From a virus (taxonomy: Duplodnaviria > Caudoviricetes): a DNA stretch of 59,611 nt. Shown piece by piece: positions 54,661 to 59,611 of the stretch (within the stretch, counting starts at the first letter, position 1; each line of letters starts with the position of its first letter). The stretch covers positions 1 to 59,611 of the IMG/VR virus record IMGVR_UViG_3300049434_000096; one strand, written 5' to 3'. The notes below the pieces were generated by a model. It did not search any database, was not told the origin of the DNA, and worked only from the letters and a program-made list of their open reading frames with translations. The position numbers and the translations under genes are program-made.

Positions 54661-55434
54661 ATGGGTAAGGAACTGAAGGCGTGTGTCCTGTGCTGCGCGC
54701 CGATGCAGATAGTTAGCGATGGCGAGGCGACGCCGTTCTACTCAGTGGACTGCTCGAATTGCCCGCTGAGCTTCTCGGACTGTTTCGCCTCGGCTGAAGC
54801 CGCGACCGTCGAATGGAACACCCGCGCCCAAACCGATCGCTGTCGCGCCACCGGAGATGGACCGCTCCCAAAAAACACGGTCGTTGCGCTCGCCAACAAA
54901 TACGAGGGCTGCGATCCGAACGGCATGGTCGAGATCAGCATTAGCGACTTGCGCGCCGCGCGCCAAATGACGGCGGCAATGGAGTTGTTGGCAGATCACC
55001 TGGGGTGGGCTGATCGCGCCGAGTGTTTGAGATGGATTGAGGCGGCAACCCGCCGACGCCGCTTCAACGAGGCGGGCTGCAAGGTAAGTATCGCAGCCGC
55101 CCTCGGCGCAATCGAAACGGCGTTGATCCTCTCCGCCGCTCCCCAACCGGTCGGAGATGGGGATGGACTGCCAGCTGGGATGCAAATGCTCATCGACAAC
55201 TACACGATCGAACAACTCGCCGCCCGCATTACCCGAGACGGTAGTAGAATGGCTGTGCTGGAAGGGGCGCTGGAGGCTCTTACCCACGCCGTTGAAGCCG
55301 ACTTTTGCGACGCGACTACCGATGCGGAAGCGCCGGACGAAGACTCGGTCCATGCCTTCGATGGCAAGCTAAGCCCGATCACATTCGGCATTATTCGTCG
55401 CGCCCGCCAAGCTCTTGAGGGTGGCCGGGGATGA
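54661..55434 (+). CDS. Hypothetical protein with Lar-like N-terminal Zn finger
   Basis: ELKACVLC...CSNC...EWNTRA. Confidence 0.6.
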   Translation: MGKELKACVLCCAPMQIVSDGEATPFYSVDCSNCPLSFSDCFASAEAATVEWNTRAQTDRCRATGDGPLPKNTVVALANKYEGCDPNGMVEISISDLRAARQMTAAMELLADHLGWADRAECLRWIEAATRRRRFNEAGCKVSIAAALGAIETALILSAAPQPVGDGDGLPAGMQMLIDNYTIEQLAARITRDGSRMAVLEGALEALTHAVEADFCDATTDAEAPDEDSVHAFDGKLSPITFGIIRRARQALEGGRG

Positions 55435-55655
55435 AGGCCGGCACCAAGCCCGCCCCGGTGGCCAGCCTCGACGAGGCCAGGCTGCTGCAGGGCATGGCGG
55501 CTCTCGCGACGGCCAGGCGTCGGGTCGTCGAGATCGAGGCCCTGCTGCGCGCCGACTGCGCCCGCTGGTCCGCGGCCAACGGCTATTGCGTCGTGCTGAC
55601 GCCGGAACAGGTCGCGCGAGAGATCGCGGCGAGAGAGGGGCGCGAGAATGGCTGA
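55431..55655 (+). CDS. Hypothetical protein
   Basis: GTGG SD; ATGA overlap. Confidence 0.55.
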   Translation: MKAGTKPAPVASLDEARLLQGMAALATARRRVVEIEALLRADCARWSAANGYCVVLTPEQVAREIAAREGRENG

Positions 55656-57372
55656 TTATCCGATCCCAACGGTCGCGCTCGACGATCGGCTCGGCTGGCT
55701 GGGCACGTCCGGCTCGGGCAAGACCTACAACGCCGGCGGAGGTGTCGAGCGGCTGTTACAAAGCGGGGCGCGGGTCGTCATCGTCGATCCGCTCGGCGTT
55801 TGGTGGGGCCTGCGCCTCCTCGCCGATGGAAAGACCTCTTCGCCCTACAAGGTGGCGATCTTCGGCGGCCCCAATGGCGACCTCCCGCTCAACGAGCACG
55901 TCGGCGCTCTGATCGGCGAGACGGCCGCGACGATGGCGGAGAGCTGCATCGTCGACCTCGGCGAGTTCACGTCCAAGACGGCGGACAGACGGTTCATGGC
56001 GGCCTTCCTCGAAACGCTCTACCGCAAGGCGGGCGGCGAACCGTTCCACTTGGTCGTCGACGAGGCCGATCTCTTCGCGCCGCAGAAGCCGGGTAAGGGC
56101 GACGAAGTGCTGCTCGGTCACATGGAGAACATCGTTCGCCGCGGGCGGGTGAAGGGCTTCATTCCCTGGCTCATTTCCCAGCGGCCCGCCGTGCTGAACA
56201 AGAACGTGCTCAGCCAGGTCGACGGACTCATCGCTTTCATGCTGACCGCCTCGCACGACCGCAACGCGCTGGATGCGTGGATTGAGGGCCAGGCCGATCC
56301 TGGGCAGGGCAAGCAAATCAAGGACTCGCTCCCGACCCTTCCGGTGGGCACGGGCGTCGTCTGGCTGCCTCGACGGCAAATCCTCGAGACGGTCGGCTTT
56401 CCAGCGAAATTGACATTCGACAGCTCCCGCACGCCAAAGCGCGGCGAACGTCGGGAACGGCGCGACCTAAAGCCGCTCGATCTTGGCGCGCTCGAGCAGA
56501 AGCTCGCCACCGTCGCCGAGGAGGCCAAGGCCAACGACCCCAAGCTCCTGCGCGCCGAGGTCGGGGATCTGAAGCGTCGGCTCGCGGCGGCGGAAAAGGG
56601 CGGGGCGGTAGAGGTTTACCAGCGAGAGAATGAGCGCCTCCTCGGCACGATCGAGACGCTGAAGGCCGACGTCCAAAGGCGCGCCTTCATTGCCAACCAA
56701 CTCGAGATGCGGGTCAGCGCAGCGAGGAAGGCGCTGGAACCCGCCGCTGATACAGAAATCCCCGCCCCGTGCGGAGGAGCCCCGGCCCCCGATCCCCGCC
56801 GGGAACCAAGTCGCAGGCCGGAGCCGAGCACACCTCCCCGTGTCGCTCGGCATGCCCCCGGCTTTCGCGGGGGTGAGGCGTCGTCGCCTGACGGTGGCGG
56901 CGCCTCACTTACCGGGCCGCAGGCGCATCTGCTGGGCGGCCTCGCGTGGTGGACCGCGATGGGGCACAGCGAGCCGACGCGCACCCAGCTTGCCGCCAAG
57001 ATCGGCTGGAAACCGGGCGGCAGCAACATCCGCGGCCGGCTCTCGGAACTCTCGACCGCCGGCCTGATCGAATATCCGAACCAAGGCCGCGTCCGCCTGA
57101 CCGCATCCGGCGCCTCGGCCGCGCCCGCGCCGGATATGAACAGCACCCTGCTCGACAGCATCCGCCAAGAGCTGACCGGGCCGCAGCGTCTGCTGTTCGA
57201 AGTATTGCTCGAACGTGTCGAGACGATGGAGCGCAAGGAATTGGCCGAGGCCGTGGGCTGGGAGCCGGGCGGATCGAACATTCGCGGCCGCCTGTCGGAG
57301 ATGAGTTCGCTCGAGCTGATCGAATACCCCAGCCGCGGCGAGGTCCGGCTTCAGGATTGGGTGACGGGATGA
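55648..57372 (+). CDS. HerA/FtsK-like P-loop ATPase with two C-terminal wHTH repeats
   Basis: GTSGSGKT, VDPLG, VVDEAD, RRGRVKG, SQRPA; duplicated LTGPQ...GWxPGGSNIRGRLSE...LIEYP. Confidence 0.85.
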   Translation: MADYPIPTVALDDRLGWLGTSGSGKTYNAGGGVERLLQSGARVVIVDPLGVWWGLRLLADGKTSSPYKVAIFGGPNGDLPLNEHVGALIGETAATMAESCIVDLGEFTSKTADRRFMAAFLETLYRKAGGEPFHLVVDEADLFAPQKPGKGDEVLLGHMENIVRRGRVKGFIPWLISQRPAVLNKNVLSQVDGLIAFMLTASHDRNALDAWIEGQADPGQGKQIKDSLPTLPVGTGVVWLPRRQILETVGFPAKLTFDSSRTPKRGERRERRDLKPLDLGALEQKLATVAEEAKANDPKLLRAEVGDLKRRLAAAEKGGAVEVYQRENERLLGTIETLKADVQRRAFIANQLEMRVSAARKALEPAADTEIPAPCGGAPAPDPRREPSRRPEPSTPPRVARHAPGFRGGEASSPDGGGASLTGPQAHLLGGLAWWTAMGHSEPTRTQLAAKIGWKPGGSNIRGRLSELSTAGLIEYPNQGRVRLTASGASAAPAPDMNSTLLDSIRQELTGPQRLLFEVLLERVETMERKELAEAVGWEPGGSNIRGRLSEMSSLELIEYPSRGEVRLQDWVTG

Positions 57373-57869
57373 GCGGCCGCCCCATCATTTTCAGCGCCGC
57401 CATGGTCCGCGCCCTGCTCGACGGGCGGAAAACGCAGACCAGACGGTTAGCGACTTCCCCGCTGCGGCGGTGCGAGGTTGGGGATCGGCTTTGGGTGCGG
57501 GAGAGCTTCTTCGTCATGTCGGACGACTATGGCTGGGAGGATTATGTCTTGCGGCAGTGCAGTCAGCCCGACCGCACGCTCGGCTACTGCGCCGACCAGA
57601 GCGACGGCCCGATGGTCGATGATCAAGATTGGGAGCCGCCGCGCAACACCAAGCGCGAGGTCCACGGCTTAAAGGGCGACGACGACACCGAAGCCTGGAC
57701 GCTGATCGGCGACATGCCAAGCATCTACATGCCCCGCTGGGCCTCGCGGCTGACGCTGATCGTCGAGGCGGTGCGGGTGGAGGCGTTGCAGGCGATCACT
57801 GAGGCGGATGCGATCCGCGAAGGCGTAACGCTGGTCGAGGAATCGTGCGCGCATTCACGTCCCTCCTGA
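57369..57869 (+). CDS. ASCH-like phage protein, C-terminus possibly truncated
   Basis: RPIIFS..MVRALLDGRKTQTRR, GDRLWVRE, PSIYMPRWASR, ADAIREG. Confidence 0.75.
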   Translation: MSGRPIIFSAAMVRALLDGRKTQTRRLATSPLRRCEVGDRLWVRESFFVMSDDYGWEDYVLRQCSQPDRTLGYCADQSDGPMVDDQDWEPPRNTKREVHGLKGDDDTEAWTLIGDMPSIYMPRWASRLTLIVEAVRVEALQAITEADAIREGVTLVEESCAHSRPS

Positions 57870-58028
57870 CCTTCGCCGAAGCTGGACTCGTCGGCGAGGC
57901 GCTGCACGACCATTGGGAGAAGATGGCGGGCCAAGCGCCGCTGACGCGCGAGGACATGGCTTGGGGCGACATGGTCCAGTTCGTGCTGCGCAAGGCTCGG
58001 GATGCGGTGGATGCGCGGGAGGGTGGCG

Positions 58029-58427
58029 GTGGCTGAGCCCCTCATCGCCGAGATCACCAGGCGCATCCGCCGCTCGGTCAAGAACGGCGGCCGCCTGCAC
58101 CTAGAACCGGCCCACGCCCGGACCTTGATGCAACCGAGAATTTATGCGCTCCTAGCGACAATCGAAGCCGAGGAAATGGAAGCGATATGCCAGACCGACC
58201 CGGATCCAGCACCGCAACAGGGCGGCGCGCCGCCAAGCCCATCTCCTCTGCCACCACTCCGGCGCAGGCCGGCCAACGATTCGAGCTCGGGCGGTTCTGG
58301 CTCTGGTACAGGCCCGACCGGGACGATTGGAACATCTGCTGGCTCGACAGTCGAGTCGTCCGCCGCAAGGCGACAGGTGTTGGCGGTGGTGGAGACTATC
58401 CGCCAGAGGGCGCGCGGGAAGCGCTAG
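58029..58427 (+). CDS. Hypothetical protein overlapping the integrase 5' end
   Basis: GGAGGG SD, GTG start; folded-looking N-half, low-complexity overlapped C-half. Confidence 0.5.
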   Translation: MAEPLIAEITRRIRRSVKNGGRLHLEPAHARTLMQPRIYALLATIEAEEMEAICQTDPDPAPQQGGAPPSPSPLPPLRRRPANDSSSGGSGSGTGPTGTIGTSAGSTVESSAARRQVLAVVETIRQRARGKR

Positions 58428-59611
58428 CCGACCATTGGGCCGCGGACCGGGCCGAGGCGCTCAAGGTCGCGCCGGCCGTCGCCCTGCCGCCCGGCGAGGT
58501 ACTGGTGCCCGATCTGGTCGCGCTCTGGCTCGAGCAGCACGTCGCTGGCCTCGACGCGCCGGAGCGCTATCTCGACTCGGTCGCGGTCTGGGAGCGGTTC
58601 TGGTCGATGCTCGCGGCCGACGGCCTGCTGCCCGATCCGCTGACCGTATCGGCGATTACCGGGCCGCTCGTCGACCGATTCATCGCGTTCCGCGGTGCCG
58701 AGGGCGCCGCGCCACCGACCATTTCGCGCGACATCGCGGCGCTGCGCGGCCCGATCCGCTGGGGCCTCGACAACAACCGCCTCGCCGCGGCGCCGAAGAT
58801 CAAGGACGTGAAGGGGCGCAAGAGGATCAAGGCGCTGGAATGGAGCCCGGAGCAGGTCGCGGCGCTGCTCGAGGCGGCCGCTGCGACGCCGGATCGGGCC
58901 CATGTTCACCTCTACGCGATGATAATGCTGAGCACCCATGCCAGGAGCGAGGCGGTGCTCGAGCTGAACGCAGAGACCCAGATCGGGCGCGGGCAGATCG
59001 ACTTCCTGCGGCCCGGCGAGGAGCAGACGCGGAAGCGGCGCGCCATCGTGCCGATCTGTCCGACCCTGGCGCCGTGGCTGGCCGGCGTCCGGGGCAAGGT
59101 CATTCGCTACCGGGTGCCGACGTCGGCACGGACGCGGGCCGACGGCGGCGAGGAATGGTTCGAGCGGCCGACCAGCGACATCGGCAACGCTTTCGCCGGC
59201 GTCCTGCTCGCGGCCCACGAGCTGCGGCCCGACCTCGGCTTTGCGCGGCAGATGTCCGATGAGAGCGGACAACTGGAATGGCTGCCGCCGCGGCCCAAGC
59301 TCGGCGAGACGACGCGCCGCGCCAAGCTGCGCCCGATCGGCACGCCGAACACGCTCAGGCATACGATCCACACCTGGCACAAGCGCCAAGGCGTTCCCGA
59401 CGCTCAGATCGACGCGGCCGCGGGCCATAGCGAGGAAGGGACCGGCGCCAGCTACACCCACCTTCGGCCCGAATATCTGCGCGAGTTCATCGCGTCGACC
59501 GAGGCTTTCTGGGAAGCGGTCGGGGAATTTACCGACGCGCATCTGCGATACCCGCGCGATACCAAGGTCGTCGCCATCGGGGCGGGCCGGTCCAGAGGAA
59601 ATGGAGAATAA
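58187..59611 (+). CDS. int: Tyrosine recombinase (phage integrase)
   Basis: THARSEAVL (R), PNTLRHT, AAGH, SY; TISRD core-binding segment. Confidence 0.9.
   Translation: MPDRPGSSTATGRRAAKPISSATTPAQAGQRFELGRFWLWYRPDRDDWNICWLDSRVVRRKATGVGGGGDYPPEGAREALADHWAADRAEALKVAPAVALPPGEVLVPDLVALWLEQHVAGLDAPERYLDSVAVWERFWSMLAADGLLPDPLTVSAITGPLVDRFIAFRGAEGAAPPTISRDIAALRGPIRWGLDNNRLAAAPKIKDVKGRKRIKALEWSPEQVAALLEAAAATPDRAHVHLYAMIMLSTHARSEAVLELNAETQIGRGQIDFLRPGEEQTRKRRAIVPICPTLAPWLAGVRGKVIRYRVPTSARTRADGGEEWFERPTSDIGNAFAGVLLAAHELRPDLGFARQMSDESGQLEWLPPRPKLGETTRRAKLRPIGTPNTLRHTIHTWHKRQGVPDAQIDAAAGHSEEGTGASYTHLRPEYLREFIASTEAFWEAVGEFTDAHLRYPRDTKVVAIGAGRSRGNGE

Larger units (their letters stand above)
1..59611. mobile_element. 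Temperate lambda-like prophage, near complete; att sites not visible in the window
   Basis: Packaging, head, tail, replication, immunity and integrase modules in lambdoid order; window starts at an ATG and ends at the integrase stop. Confidence 0.95.

Noticed and set aside
1-59611. CRISPR array, diversity-generating retroelement, retron or IS element
   Set aside because: No regularly spaced repeats, reverse transcriptase motifs or transposase seen.

Overview
The window is an apparently near-complete lambda-like (siphovirus-type) temperate prophage of a high-GC alphaproteobacterium; Sphingomonadaceae is my inference from gene content. It runs from a C5 DNA methyltransferase at the left end to a tyrosine integrase at the right end. 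Layout: (i) 1-9000, + strand accessory arm with a methylase, DUF1643, a promoter-driven run of small ORFs punctuated by two type II hammerhead ribozymes, and an ATP-dependent DNA ligase; (ii) a tRNA-Ser-like RNA with its own promoter; (iii) 9266-34606, - strand morphogenesis genes (terminase, gpW, portal, S49 protease, decoration protein, capsid E, tail tube, frameshifting chaperone, M23-containing tape measure, tail fibre), with a putative lysis region lacking a recognisable endolysin; (iv) 34764-43649, - strand replication/regulation genes (DndC-like PAPS reductase, Q-like protein, DUF1376 initiator with iterons, DnaB, RuvC-like protein, LexA-like HTH, N4/N6 MTase, Cro); (v) an immunity region with an XRE repressor, four GACGGA-N4-TCCGTC operators and an EL222-like LOV-LuxR-HTH regulator whose photoactive Cys is replaced by Pro; (vi) 45599-59611, + strand early arm (ACP, RecE-like exonuclease, DUF5131, second PAPS-reductase-like protein, HerA-like ATPase, integrase). 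The two main highlights are a possible light/redox-sensing regulator wired into the lysogeny switch, and a pair of hammerheads whose excised 626-nt segment could reform a chimeric ribozyme and circularise. All calls were made by eye; no database searches were run.
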